Position numbers and translations under genes: made by a program. DNA of 63,760 nucleotides, counting the filler, from Reticulomyxa filosa (taxonomy: Eukaryota; Protista; Foraminifera): NCBI GenBank assembly GCA_000512085.1. It is 21 parts of 21 records of this genome, joined end to end, with 100 filler letters (N's around TTAATTAATTAA, not from the genome) between each part and the next. Parts side by side here need not be neighbours in the genome. Positions count along the whole stretch, not along the records: positions 33,367 to 38,900 come from ASPP01014212.1; positions 39,001 to 40,122 come from ASPP01005921.1; positions 40,223 to 44,622 come from ASPP01029357.1; positions 44,723 to 45,762 come from ASPP01007858.1; positions 45,863 to 50,008 come from ASPP01021739.1; positions 50,109 to 51,339 come from ASPP01011434.1; positions 51,440 to 52,945 come from ASPP01009438.1; 14 more parts are not named here. The stretch is one strand, 5' to 3'. The notes beneath the pieces are model-generated. The model searched no databases, had not been told where the DNA came from, and was given only the letters and a program-made list of their open reading frames with translations. This document shows positions 36,646 to 51,459 of the stretch, piece by piece. Position 1 is the first letter of the stretch. Every line of letters begins with the position of its first letter.

Positions 36646-39000
36646 TGAAATACGGATTGTGCTTCACGTCCATACAAAAAAAGGGCGCCAGCTTTTAAAA
36701 AATTTTTCTTGTCAACAAAACTTTAATTGCTACAAATGATAATAAATGAGACGTGAAAGTCAAGCAAAAAACCAAAATTCTGAAGCAGTAATGTGATATT
36801 TGATATTCAGCTTTATACACCACAAATAGTCACTTGCATCTAGAACAACAATACGCTCCACCTTTTCTAGAGTTGTTTCAAGCAAATAAAACTTTTCTTT
36901 TAGAAATAAGTTGTTACGTGTTTCAGTTTTTAAAAAATTATATGTTAGTTAACAGTAGGAGATTTTAAAAGAAAGGATTATATTAACACCGAAATGCTAC
37001 AATAAATGCAAGTCAAAGATTTGGTCACATCACATATACTTCATAATAGCACATTATGAAAATCACAAAAAATAAGACATATTGCACTTTTGTTATGATT
37101 TGTATTGATTTTGTTAAATTAAAAATTTTTATGTGTTGTGATGTTGCTTGACAAGTTCTATAGAATTATTCAAAAAACAGAAATCAAATACAAGGACATA
37201 AACTTGTTTCTATTCAAGCAATATTCTGCCTCAACTTGGATGAGTTTGAAAATGAAATTAAAGAATAAGAAAGATAAATGATTTATTTTGCAAATTGTAA
37301 TGCAAATCATTACAATTGGTTTGATAAATATATTGATTATATTGTCGGATCAGTAGTAAATTTTATTATGAACAACAGTTTCCAATTATTAAATTCAAGC
37401 TTTTTGATCATACATGAAAAAGATTGGAAGAAATCATTAATCACAGTACGTTCTGAATTAGTTTTAAGATGAGCAGAAATTGGAGAACATATGATAATGA
37501 ATTGGATATGCATTCAGATATCTTACAATTACATTTAATATTAAAGCAAATTGTGACGAATAGAATTTGTATTGATAAATACTTAAAATGAATTGAAAAA
37601 ATGTGAAAAGAATTTAATGAATTAATCGTGTAGTAGAGTTAGCAAAATAAAGCATTGGAACAAGAACTATTTTGAAAGAAAATAAATCTTAGTTGATTAA
37701 TCAATTCACAAAAAAAAGAAAATAAGCTCACATATTGAAAAGGATTATATAAAGTGCATAGCAAAAATAAATTATGAGAAATACGAATGAGTCTCAATGT
37801 AATTAAAAACTTTTAGCATCACATTTTTCCTATCTAAAAAAAAAAAAATATTGGATATTCAATGATGAAAGTGTAAATCAATATCAAAATCAAATTTCAA
37901 GAATTTAGGAAATGTTATAGATTGAACTATATTCTAAAGAAACGGAAAGTTTGTAGTAATAAAAAAGAGCTAGAATACCTTGCTAATCTGACTAAAACTT
38001 AGTCTCGTGGAGATTTCAAAAGAAAGTGTAGATCAAACGAAAAAAAAAATTTATATTTATACACTTCATTAAAAAGTTGTATTTTGATATAAAGTTATAT
38101 TGCGAGTGGATTGCGACTCCTTTCATTTTCTTATTGTCTTTGGCAGCGTCTTTTGTTGCAATTCATTTTCGGGGGAGTGTTTAAACTTATTTATCTTGTA
38201 ATCAGTTGCCTTAAGAGTAACTAGATGTAAATTCACTGTTTTTTCTGTTTGAACTAACATAACAAGGTTAAAAAAAAAATATCCCCTTATCATCATTGGT
38301 AAACTCAAGCCAAAAGTAGGGGTACAAAGCCTGAGTCTTAGGGAAGGGGCAAATGTCCAAATACATCTCCCATGGCGAAATGGCAAAAAAAGTTTCTAAC
38401 GTTCAAAATGCGGAGACCGAAGGCTTCGCCAGCGGAACGCGAGGAATCCAAAGGCTTCCGAGCCAAATTATCAAACAAATGTTGTTTTTGTGTGTTCCAA
38501 CTCTTGGGACCCCCAAACGTGGATTACAGTTTGCTGGCAACAGTATTCATTAAGAATTTAATGAATTAATTGACTTTTAGGGCTTTTACAAACCCTCGGA
38601 TATTTTATTTTTGATCATAGTGATTTGATTTCTGTCATTTATTTGTTTGATTTTATGATTTCATTGGACAATTTTTATTTAGCACATTTTAAAGTTTTGA
38701 AAGTGCAGCCAGTTGGAACAAAATTCACGCTGTTATCCCTTTCTTAAAATTGTGAGCTACTGGGTTTTTATAGAACTTGGAGGCTTTGTGATATCAACCG
38801 GTCTGATCAAAATCTACGTTGGTATTCCTCAATTTTATGAATGAAATATTAAAATATTTTTGATTATTGTTTTTATGTTTTCATTTATTTTACAAATTTT
38901 NNNNNNNNNNNNNNNNNNNNNNNNNNNNNNNNNNNNNNNNNNNNTTAATTAATTAANNNNNNNNNNNNNNNNNNNNNNNNNNNNNNNNNNNNNNNNNNNN

Positions 39001-39728
39001 AGACGTGGTGCCAAGATTGAACCGGAAGATATTTTGGAGAAACACAATATGAAATTGCCATTGGTGTTGAAAGTGCTAGTTGAGTGATATCGACCTTGTG
39101 TTTCTCAAAAAGAAACAGGAAGAAGAAAGAGGGAGGAAATGTTCTTCCTTCAACCCCTTCCCAAACTTCCTTCATTGCGTATTTGAAATAAGATGAATGT
39201 TTGTTGTTGTGATGATGGTGGTAGAACACAAGCGGTGGACGTGGTGTGTTCTTGGCACGTGATGAAAAAGAGCTTTGTGCTTTGTTACGGATGTCACAAT
39301 TTGGAGCGTCGCATATTGAGTTGATAGCGCAAGAATTTTTGGAGGAGAGCAAAGGCATGGATGTGCGGGTGTGGGTGATCGGCGATAAGGCATATGGAGC
39401 TTGCAAACGATTTAACGAAACCGATTTTCGATCCAATGTAGGCCAAGGTGGGTTCCCCCATGCCTTTGAATTGGATGAAGAAGGCAAACAAATTGCTGTG
39501 CGGGCATCGATGATTTTGGGCTTGGATTGGAGTGGGGTTGACTTACTGTTGGCACATAAAGACCCTGTCACTGGAAAATGCCATTGGAGAGTGGGTGAAG
39601 TAAATAGTTCTCCTGGCTGGGACAAAGATTCGGACAAACTTATCGATTATAATTTAGGCGATATCATTGTTGAACATATATGTCATAAATACAATATTGA
39701 AACTCCTATCCCAAAAAATGACAAATGA
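39001..39728 (+). CDS. RimK-family ATP-grasp ligase, C-terminal part
   Basis: Splicing an intron at about 39079-39224 gives PLVLKVLNTSGGRGVFL, followed by QEFL...DVRVWVIG...FRSNVGQGG...GLDWSGVDLL...EVNSSPG. Confidence 0.9.
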
Positions 39729-40388
39729 ATAAACTTTACAAATACAAAAAAAAAAAAAAATTATATAATTTGTTTATTTTTTTGTTTCATAAAAAAAAAT
39801 TTTGGTTGAAAGAGAAGGCTACTCGTTTTACTTTTTTCCTACGCTTTTATGTTGATAACTGTGCGTTTTGTAATGAATGGAATTGTTCATTTATAAAAAC
39901 CCAACTATCTTTTTTGGTTCATTGTTTTCAAGGTCTTTCTCCATTTTTACTTAATTGCAAAGTTTGTGTACCCTTCAAAAAATCTAATCAATAAAATTTG
40001 TAAATCGTCTACTTAAAAGATCAACCAAATTCAATTTGCAAAGCTTTATCAAAATGGAAATGTTCTTGAAATAGTTACACTTTGGTTTAAATCGAAATTA
40101 ATTATTATTATACTGTTAAGAGNNNNNNNNNNNNNNNNNNNNNNNNNNNNNNNNNNNNNNNNNNNNTTAATTAATTAANNNNNNNNNNNNNNNNNNNNNN
40201 NNNNNNNNNNNNNNNNNNNNNNTCAGGGATTCTCCTGAACCATTAAGTATCAGCAGAATTCTCTAAAATAAAATTTGAAATATTATTTTTTTTATTTTTT
40301 TTATTTTGGGAGGGATGTCATCATGCATTGTCACATCATGATTGGATGATCTATGCATGTTTGATTTCATTGTGATATTATGTTGACA

Positions 40389-40470
40389 AATATAAGATTA
40401 AGTGAGTTCATTGTCACAAAAAAATGACGAATATAAGATTAAGTGAGTTCATTATGCACAAAAAATGATA
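40389..40470. repeat. 41-bp tandem duplication
   Basis: AATATAAGATTAAGTGAGTTCATT... at 40389 and 40430. Confidence 0.85.
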
Positions 40471-40571
40471 TAATTGGCAATTTGCCACTAAAATTTCAAA
40501 ATTTACTCATAAAAAACCACATATGAAGTATCATTAAAAAGACAATTGAAATTTTTTAAAAAATATAATAT

Positions 40572-41395
40572 TCACAACACATTGCATGCTTTGCTTTTCT
40601 TTTTGTTTTGTGCCGCAATTGCTGCCCTATATACACACAAAATAATAATCAATTTTATTTTTTTGGTTTACGTTTAAAGTTTTTATAATGTCATACCTTA
40701 CTGCACTATCAAACACATCTTTTAAATTGTCTTGCGTTAATGCGCTGCATTCTATGTATTTGACGGCACCGATATCTTTTTTCAATTTTTCCCCCATTTC
40801 ATTTTGCATGCATTTGTGTTTAGTGTCGTTTCTTAGGTCTGCTTTTGTTCCGACTAAGATAATTGGCACTCCAGGTGCGTGGTGTGATATTTCCGGAACC
40901 CATTTTTCAGTTACATTGCTATAACTATCTTCGCTTATCAGGCTAAAGCATACCAAAAATACTTGCGTTTGTGGATAACTTAATGGTCGCAATCGATCAT
41001 AATCTTCTTGTCCGGCTATGTTCAAGGGGGGTTTTTATTATCATTAAAAAGTTTTTGTTACTAAATTAAAAAAAAGTATACGTGTCCTTTTTTTTGTTTG
41101 TCCTGTATGATTTGTTTTTTTTCGTGCCTGTGTCCCATAAACCCAAATTGATTTGTTTATTGTCGACCATTACTGTGGCATTGTAATTGTTAAAAACGGT
41201 CGGGATATAATCCTTTGGAAAATCGTTGGTTGTATAGCTAATCAATAGACACTATTTGTTTATTTGTTCCGTATATTCGTGTTTTAGTCATTTTTTTGTT
41301 ATTTTTGGTTCACTTCATCATTTTTTTGGATTAAAAAACTTAACTGTTTTTCCAACTGCACCATCACCGACAATCACACATTTTATGTCTTGCAT
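40572..41395 (-). CDS. RAC: Rac-like Rho-family GTPase, 4 exons
   Basis: [40 protein letters not shown]...[21 protein letters not shown]...TKAD...ECSALTQ.../[17 protein letters not shown] (CAAX). Confidence 0.97.
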
Positions 41396-42430
41396 TGCTG
41401 TTTTGCGAGTTTACTAAACGGCCGCAAACACAACGTGTCAAAACATCACAAGATTATCTCAGTTCAAAAGGAAGAGAAAAAACATGGAAGCTAAACGTAT
41501 GCTTTGCTTGTCAATCAGCTCAAGGAATTAACAGGGAATCAACAGGTTCACCAGAAAAAATAGTTTTTTTTTCGCACAAAAAAACCAGTGAAAGCTTTTT
41601 TTCTTTTTTTCCCAAAAATCATAGTTTTGATTTTTTTTTGCCAAAATTATATACCATCAATTTATTTTTGATTGTCAAAGTTAGCGAGGAGACTTTAAAA
41701 AAAGACAATGCTCTCAAGTTCTCTTCGGCCAACAGCAAGGAACTCTTGTTTAGAAGATTCCATATACTTTCCTTTGGCTTTGCAGATTTTTTGCCAAAAA
41801 TGAATGTAAATCTAGACCAAGTTACGAAGAGACGAAACGTTTGTTTCAACCAGCAACCAAGCAACTCCCATTAACTCGGCAATAATCTCTCTTATTTTTT
41901 TAACAAAGACTAGAGCAAAATTTGGAATGTATGCAGCTTTTATTTCATTTAATGTATGAGAGATTTGCTTGAGAAATCTCTGTCATCATTTTTCTATTGG
42001 CACATTCTCTGTTTGTAGCCATATTGTGAATTTTTTGTAATGATGAGTAATACAATAAATTGAATTACTTCACACAGAATATCAGTTCCGGTAAATGTGA
42101 AAAAAACGGTGAGCTGATTTTTTTTATTTCAGACGAGAGATATGTAATATTAGAAAGTAATCAATTGATTAGCAATCTTTTTACTCAAGTATATAAAAAT
42201 TCGGACCAAGGCAAAGTCAATGCCTCCGTATGCACAAAAAAAAAACAAACAAGCAGAACGAACGGGAAACACCCCCATATTCACAAAGCATACCCCTCTG
42301 ATCCCCTTCTTTGTCCTCTATTCCCCTCTTACCCAATCCATATTTTAGAGGTCAGCCTAATCCCATGTTTCCTTCTCCCCAAAGTCCCTTTGAATAAACC
42401 AGCACAAGATAAAAGTGCAGATTAAAATGT

Positions 42431-42988
42431 TTACGCTTTACAAATAATACTGTCGCTGACAAAACAAGGCGAATACCAAATGATAATGCTATTTGCTAAA
42501 GACAAAGCCAAAGCGCTAAAAAAGACAAGCACAACTTGCCAATTGGGCATATTGAAATATTCAATTGCACCCTTTTGTGCAAAGTCTCTTGCTCTTCCTT
42601 TGTCAGAATCACTCGCCACTTGATCTGCCTCTCCAGAAGCTTGCGTAATTGCCTCAACCTTTTTTAAGACATTTATATTATTTCAACTACTCTTTTAAAA
42701 CTTATTCCAAAAAAAAAAAAATAATAATAATAATAAATAAAAAATAAAATAACTGCATCATCAGCCATAATTGAAGTTATTTTGATATTTTCATGTTGAT
42801 TAGCCAACTCCACTTGTGTTTCCAGTGCCTTATTGTCTTGTGGTTTTTCAGTGGCAGGAGCAATGTTTTGAAGTGGAATTTCTGTTTTAATTGCTCGAAG
42901 ATTGCGTAATACTCTCATTGCCCAGAAATAGTTCTTTCACAATCCATGCACGTACAATACATGCAATTAAATATAGACAAAAAAAAAA

Positions 42989-43023
<35 letters not shown>

Positions 43024-44171
43024 CATATATATAAATATAAATACCAAAAGCTCTTGAAATGAAGGCCCCAAAAATCCAAATCTTCCGAGCTCTCGGCCGG
43101 CAAAATACGTATACAAAAAGAACGTTGGGAACAGGCCAAGAGTAGTGATACCAGTGATTTGACTATTTGCAAAAGCAAACCCCAAAAACAAGGGCTGAAG
43201 AGACAAAATGTGGATAATTGCAGCCGATGCAGCCAGGATAAAGTCGCAGAAATTGTAACGATGAGGCAAAAACTTAGTGGCAATCACTGGAAATGATACA
43301 CAAAACAGGTAATCCATTGTGGACCCTTGAACCATGGCCAGCACGTACAAGCCATTCATTGGCAAAAACGCCAAAAATGTCGTCATTAAAAACGCATACA
43401 AAACAATCACCGTATTACCTATAAATGAATTGGCCTTTTGTCCAAACCACACCACTCGCAATAAATACAATTCTGCAAAGTTATGAATTACAACTGCAAA
43501 TCCAACAAATCCTATCCAAAAAAATAAAACGTACGTATACTATAAACGTTCCTGCAAGTGGAATCCTTCCTCTTTTGTTTTACACCAAACAAAAAAAAAA
43601 ATTGCACAAAACTGCTAAATCCAGGAGTTGAAGGTCCCAATCGAAGAATGAAAATAAATGATAATGTTGCTATAAATTTATACCAAAAAAAAAAAAAAAT
43701 AAGGTACCATCACTTTTTTTTTTAAATAAAAAAAAAAAAAAAGACAGCAAAAATGATGAAAAGTCTTACCCGCAGCATAAATGGCAATGATTCGAAACCA
43801 ATCAGTAATAAAAGGGTTTTTGGAACGCCATGCAATAGTGATCAACAAGATCATGACAAACATAACTGCGACAATCAGTATCACTCCTACCTCGCTCGTC
43901 GCAGCTGCCTTCTCATACTCAAAGTATTCTTCTTTTTCATCCCTGTAAATACATCTGTTCGGTGCTAAAATCTCTGCTCGAATGGCGCTGAACCAGTTGT
44001 TGTCGTATGGGAAAAATGCGGAAGCGCAATTGGGTCCCTCTGTTTTTTTTTTGGTCACCATATATCAATAACGAATATAAACAAAAAAAAGTTTACGAGC
44101 ACTCAAAACCTGTTCGAGTGCCAGCCAAAATAAGGAGTTTTTGGTAAGCAATATCACTGTTGTTCAGCATG
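42431..44171 (-). CDS. Hypothetical multi-pass membrane protein (multi-exon)
   Basis: Chained ORFs 43678, 42967, 42673 and 42431 with homopolymer introns; numerous TM segments; candidate ATG near 44170. Confidence 0.6.
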
Positions 44172-44722
44172 GTGGTGGAGGGCATTTTATGTTGTCACTC
44201 TTTGCTACTTTAAGTTTAAAATTGAAAACAGTAAAACGTTTGTTCTTTTGAACTTTTCCCTTTTTTCTGTCTTAGCTTTGGAACCTCAAAACTTTAGTTA
44301 AACTAAAAAAACGGTAGTCAATATGTAATAAGGGTTGCAACGTGATGTAGCGAAAGTATAAAAACAAGCAAATGTCGTGTGATAGCATAATAAAAAACAA
44401 AAGTTGGATCAAAAAGAGATTGCTGGACATAGAAAGTAATGCGATCAGCCAAAGTGAAAGAGATGCCAAGTTTGCATTTAAATTAAAAAATTCAGCAAAT
44501 AAAATTCAGATCAGAAATAAATAAAAGAGTTTATTTCTATGCACAAACAAATTGTTTTGTGTTGGACAGCCAAACAAGGCATAAGCTTTTTTGGACGACA
44601 TTACACTGTTTAAAGACTATGGNNNNNNNNNNNNNNNNNNNNNNNNNNNNNNNNNNNNNNNNNNNNTTAATTAATTAANNNNNNNNNNNNNNNNNNNNNN
44701 NNNNNNNNNNNNNNNNNNNNNN

Positions 44723-45692
<970 letters not shown>

Positions 45693-45722
45693 ATTTGTAT
45701 ATACACATATACATATATGTGC

Positions 45723-45762
<40 letters not shown>

Positions 45763-45862
45763 NNNNNNNNNNNNNNNNNNNNNNNNNNNNNNNNNNNNNN
45801 NNNNNNTTAATTAATTAANNNNNNNNNNNNNNNNNNNNNNNNNNNNNNNNNNNNNNNNNNNN

Positions 45863-47220
45863 CATTTTCCAAATCTTTGATCTCTTTCTTGATATCTATG
45901 AGAGAATGAAGATGTTCTTGAAGAATCAAAATCTTTCCAATCTTCTCTAACTCTTTTCGAAATTCCATAAATTTATTCTTTTTAATGCATTCTCTTGCTT
46001 CATCCGCACACTTTACGACTCTTTTTTTCAATTTTTGACAAGCCTCATTGTAAGAACTACTAAAATCAGGGAAATAAACTTGCACTTGTGAAATTTTTTG
46101 TACAGAATTTTCAAAATATTTAATGATATTATCCAACTCGTTTTCACTTTCCATTTGCTTTGCCATGGTCTCAACAACAAGTTGGAATACAGTCAAACCA
46201 TTTCGATTTAGTAACATACTTTCCCAAATGCTTTTCAACTCTCGTTCACTATCAATTGTATTGCCTTTATCTTTGGCATTTCGGAATAACACATATTTGT
46301 CATTGAGATCAAATTGTTTTATTACAAATTGCTTCATTTCTACAAATTCTTTGTTCCAATTATACGTACTAATGTCAGCAGACATTGGTGGATTGAGAGG
46401 AATCCAACTCACACGATTATTGTTGTACTCAAATACCAAGCACATCTTTTTATTTTATTCATTTAATACACAAGAAATCTTTTTTTTAAATAAATTAAAT
46501 TTTAAAAAAGTAAAATAAAAACGAAACAACGAGAAGTTGAAGAGTGTGTAAAGTATTATCAATCGAAAATTCATCAAAATAATCCTTTAATTCTTCGGCA
46601 TTTTCAATTCTATCATCTCTATCATTTACTCTCGACATCAAAAAAGTTTTTCCTTATTTTTTAATTTCAGATGTTCGAATACTTTATTTCGCAATTCACT
46701 CCAATTTTTTTTCCATACATCTTTGACTATTGCTTCATTTGTGTCATTCACATGCTTTGGAGTGAACTCAAATATCAATGTGAGCCATCCGTTATTTGAA
46801 ATTTTTTTTCTTTGATTTTCTTTTGTGTATTTTTTTACAAAACAACATCTATCCATTTTTTTTTTTAGAACAAAAAATTACTCCACTTTTATCACAATGT
46901 CCAGACTTTTTAATCCTCGCACACAATCTCCAAATTTCTGAGAGTCTGCGGGCAAAGATTACTTTGCCATCAATTTCTATAAAAAAGTTCTCATCATACA
47001 AATACTCTGGAAATACTGCTCGGATATCGTTGTACACGCCGTTCAAAGTGCCTTGAGAAGCGTTTGGACATACGACTTTTAGTTTCCTTTTGGTGACCTC
47101 ATTTTTTTCATTTGTAAAAGCTGCTATTACCTTTGAAATTGACATCATTAACAAGAACAAAGGTGGGTTTATAGTCTACAAAAATTTAACTTAAAAAGGT
47201 CTTCTGTAAAAGTTCACATG
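45863..47220 (-). CDS. Protein with about 3 tandem PB1/beta-grasp-like domains followed by a helical region (3'-partial, spliced)
   Basis: ORFs 46849, 46638 and 45807; acidic PB1-like motifs DDRIENAEELKDYF and DKGNTIDSERELKSIW. Confidence 0.55.
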
Positions 47221-47559
47221 AAAAATATAGAGCCAATATAATTTAGTCAGTATAAAAAGATTGTCACTTGCACTAAATGTAATACAAATAGTTATTAATC
47301 AAATAGAAAGGCAGTTAATCACAAAAAAAATAAAAGCATACAGAAAAGTTGTAAACAAGTTTAGAAAGATGTTTCAAAGTTCACTTGAACATTGTTCACA
47401 ATTTACAAGAGATTTATAAAAAGTAAACGAATGACAATGTGCTATTGTTTTTGTTTGTAAATTCATTACAAACAAAGAAGCAAAAAGCGATTGCAACGAA
47501 TTGAATCAAAATGTTTCATAGAACTGACTTGAATTTCATTTCGTTGCTCTGAATTAAAC

Positions 47560-50008
47560 GTCAAACGTGTGGCTTAGAAGCAAATTTAGCTCTGTCAACA
47601 TATCTTTAATTGCTTCATCCAACAATGAATCTCATTCTTTCAATACATTACAACATGCCTTGTATTCATTGGATTATTTTACATTCTTCAATTGCAAAAT
47701 GAGCTTTTATTATTCCAAATGAAGTCAATAAGTTGGTGATGGTATCATGCCTCAATGTAGCTGCAGGTGAATAGCAGCTGCCATAAAAGTTTTTGTTGAA
47801 AAATACATCGATTTCATCAATTAAAAGTATCTTTGAACAAATAACCCGCTCAACTTCATTAGATTTTTTTTCATTATTTGGAAGGATTAAGTTTTCCACA
47901 AGTTTGCGCATATCACCTCCTTCATTAATAATCCTTTCACAAATCTTGTTGAATGTGCCATAATGAATATGATTAATTACACCTAAGGTATTGAACAATT
48001 GCTCAAAACTTGAAATCTCTGCTGCTCAAATATTTACTGTATGAAGTACAGCTCACATCAAAGCCGAATAATGCTAAAACACAACAAGTGATTGCCAAAG
48101 TCACTGACTTCCCTTCTCCTGTTCCAATTTGAATCAAGCGATTTGTCAATCCATTTTTTTTCTCTTCAACACCCAACATGAGGAATATGGAAATTACTTG
48201 AGCTGGATGTGGTTGTACAATAAGAATTTTGATCCCAACACCTTGTGCATCGTGATAGTATTGTGCTTGTTGAAGTGTCCACAATGCAAAAATGTTGGCC
48301 ATTGCTTAGGGATTTTGTTTTTAATACCTGCATCCCATCTTTCATCTCCTGGTCCTTGTGACACTACGAGCACATATTTTTGCATTATTTGCAAATATAC
48401 TGAGTTGTTTCGGGTATCTTTGACTTTGGTCAAGTTGCTTTGCACAAGTTGGCGATATTTTGTATTAAATTTATCGTACATTTCTTTCAATTTCAATGTA
48501 TCTATTGGATCACCTTTTGCTCTTATCTTTTCCAAAATATGGTCAATTCTATGTGCTTTAGTTTTATAATTGAACAACGCAACAGAGAATCCTTTGAACA
48601 CACTATGTTCCGCGACAATGGTTCCACCCATTCCGGTAGGATCTTCTTCTAATTGTATTGCCAATATTGCAATACCAACACCCCTATTACTCTTTTCCTG
48701 TCATTAAATAGCTCATCGATACGTTTGTTGATGGTATCTTTAAAGTCGAAAAGATGCATGGACATGGTCTTCATTTCCACTAAGCGAGGTATTAGGACTT
48801 TTGGCTGTAGTCTCTTGTACCATCTTTTTCAATTGACTATTAAGAGTACGTTTGGCTTCCGAATATGTCCATAGATTGGAGGAAGCGCTAGAGTCTTCAG
48901 GAATACCACAAGATACCTTTTTTTGCCTAAATAGTTTCAATTTTTGCAAGAAAAGGCTATCATCACCAATGGTTTTCATGGTGTCCAAAATCTTTTGTAA
49001 ATCTAGTGAATTTCTTCGATCAAAATGATCTTGAATTTATTTTGCGCCTGCGGCATTCTCCATTTCATCCGAAACGTCTTTTTCGCCCTGCTTGATCTCT
49101 TCGTCAAGCACGTTTTTCATATGGTCAGGTAAGACCATCAATACTGCTCTGCAAAGTCGGATACAAGAAGTAATTTTCCATGGCCACGAATTGCCCACTT
49201 TTTTCTGGACTTCAAGTAATTGACCCCTAATTTTTTTGATTATATCATTTTCAATTTCTCCCCATGTACCTTCGTAGATTGTATCCGTGCTCATCACTGT
49301 GCTAAGTTTGGCATAAATTTCTCTAGGTGGGAACGAAGAATAGGGATTAAATATACATCCAGTCAATTAGATATTTTTGTATTCATTAACAATTTTTTTC
49401 AATGGTTTTCCTGAGTTTATCTGCTCGACCCATGATTGTTCCTGCTTTTTCTTTTCCATTTCTTTCTTGTCCTTTCTTATTTCTGTCATTATCATCCAAA
49501 GGAATAGGTTCACCATAGCCGTCCAAGATGTCCACCACCCTTCGAATCAACGTAATTTTCTTTTCCCCCTCCGAAAAATTCAATGCATCAAATGTGTTCA
49601 ATGCCACTTCTATCCATCTTCTGATATGAATTGAATAACAAATTGTTGTGCAGTTTTTATAGTTCTAAGTTATCCACAAATTCGATAACTTTGTTTATGT
49701 CGACGTCATTCTCTCCAAGAAACAGCACTTTTCTTAATGTGCCTTTGACCAAGTTATTCAAAAGTCGTGATAAAGAGGTGATAATATTATTGAATGCTCT
49801 TTTCACATTTGGATCTTCAATATTTTGTTGAATACGACTCATATCCGAAGCAACCGCAGCACATTGATTCCTTTCGATTGCTTCCAATACTGGCTTGATG
49901 TCAATCACATTGTCGTAGATTTTTATTTGATACTTTAAAAACAGCTCACGAATTTACAATTGGGTTGAGCAAAGTCATCTAATGCACTCAATGCTCTGGC
50001 GATTGTGA
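47560..50008 (-). pseudogene. SecA-type DEAD ATPase domain protein with long helical N-terminal region, heavily frameshifted
   Basis: QPHPAQ, QIGTGEGKS (48105-48125), YLSSRD, HYGT and LIDEID (47807-47818) match SecA motifs (MxTGEGKT, YLAxRD, YGT, IDEVD). At least 7 frame breaks; no C-terminal helicase lobe is evident. Confidence 0.8.
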
Positions 50009-50483
50009 NNNNNNNNNNNNNNNNNNNNNNNNNNNNNNNNNNNNNNNNNNNNTTAATTAATTAANNNNNNNNNNNNNNNNNNNNNNNNNNNNNNNNNNNN
50101 NNNNNNNNAAAAAAAAGTTTTTTTTTTGCCTTTAATAAAACACAGGAAGCACACACAGAAGCACGTCAGACACCAAACTATTTTCCTTGTCAACTATATG
50201 CAAGAGAGATCACAGCCCACACGACACAAAAGATGCACGCTGTGAAAAGTGACTTTTTGTAAGATTAAAAAAAGTATCCGGAGAAGCAGAGCTTCTCAAA
50301 ACAAAGGAAAAAAAAAAAAAAAAAAAGGAGGAGGAAGAAGCCTGGAGGTCAAATGCACCAATTTAAAAGTATCCACAAAGTAGTGAACTTTTTGTTTTAG
50401 TTTAATTTTTAAACAAATAAAAAAAAAACAAAAATAAGACAAGATTCAAAATACGTCTTGATGATAACAAAAAAAATAAAAAG

Positions 50484-50937
50484 TTATCGATGATTGGGCA
50501 ACTTGGTGACAGGAGTAGGAGCAGGGACAGGAAGAGACACGGGATTGGAATGAGCAGGAGCAGAAGCAGAAATGGGGAGAAGGACACGATGTTGACTGAG
50601 CAATGACTCCAATTCTTCGACTTTTTGTCGCAGCGAGGACTTTTCTTCGGTAATTTTGGTGAGCAGATCAGCCAAATAGTCTGATCTTTTTGTGAATTTG
50701 GTCAGCTCCTCGTCGTTTTCCATCCACTCTTCTTTCTCTTTTTCTAAGCGCATAATTTGGAGCTTGAGTTGTGTCGAGTCCTGTTGCAATTGAGCTATTT
50801 GTTGGAGTCGATACTCGTCCAGACTGGAGGAGGTGCGTTTGTGATGGCTTGATCTCTTTGCTTTTTCATTTGAGTTGGTGATGGAAGAAGTTTGTGTTGT
50901 TGTTTTTGTATTTGTTTTATCTTGACTTTGTTGATTT

Positions 50938-50978
<41 letters not shown>

Positions 50979-51300
50979 GTTGTTGTGAAGCAAATCAGAG
51001 GATAAAGACGGCGAATGATTGTTTGTCGTCTTATCATTTCCTTGTGCTGCGAAATGGTTTTCGTCGTTCTCTTCTTCCACAATGTCGTCCTCATTCACGT
51101 GCAGTTCGACGGACCCATCTTCCGTCACTGGCGATCCTGACCCTTGTGGGGTCTGGCTGAACGTTTCCTCGATCGGGACCATATTCGTCGTCAGATACTT
51201 GCCACTTACCAATGACCCCGAGTTGTGGCGGTTGTGACGGACTGCCGGACTTGGAGGAGATGGCGATGTTGGAGGCGAAGACTTGGGTTTTTTTCGATTG
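50484..51300 (-). CDS. Hypothetical Asn-rich coiled-coil protein, terminal exon
   Basis: 242-aa ORF with a low-complexity linker and a heptad-rich segment. Confidence 0.65.
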
Positions 51301-51339
<39 letters not shown>

Positions 51340-51459
51340 NNNNNNNNNNNNNNNNNNNNNNNNNNNNNNNNNNNNNNNNNNNNTTAATTAATTAANNNNN
51401 NNNNNNNNNNNNNNNNNNNNNNNNNNNNNNNNNNNNNNNAAAAAAAAAAAAAAAAAAGA

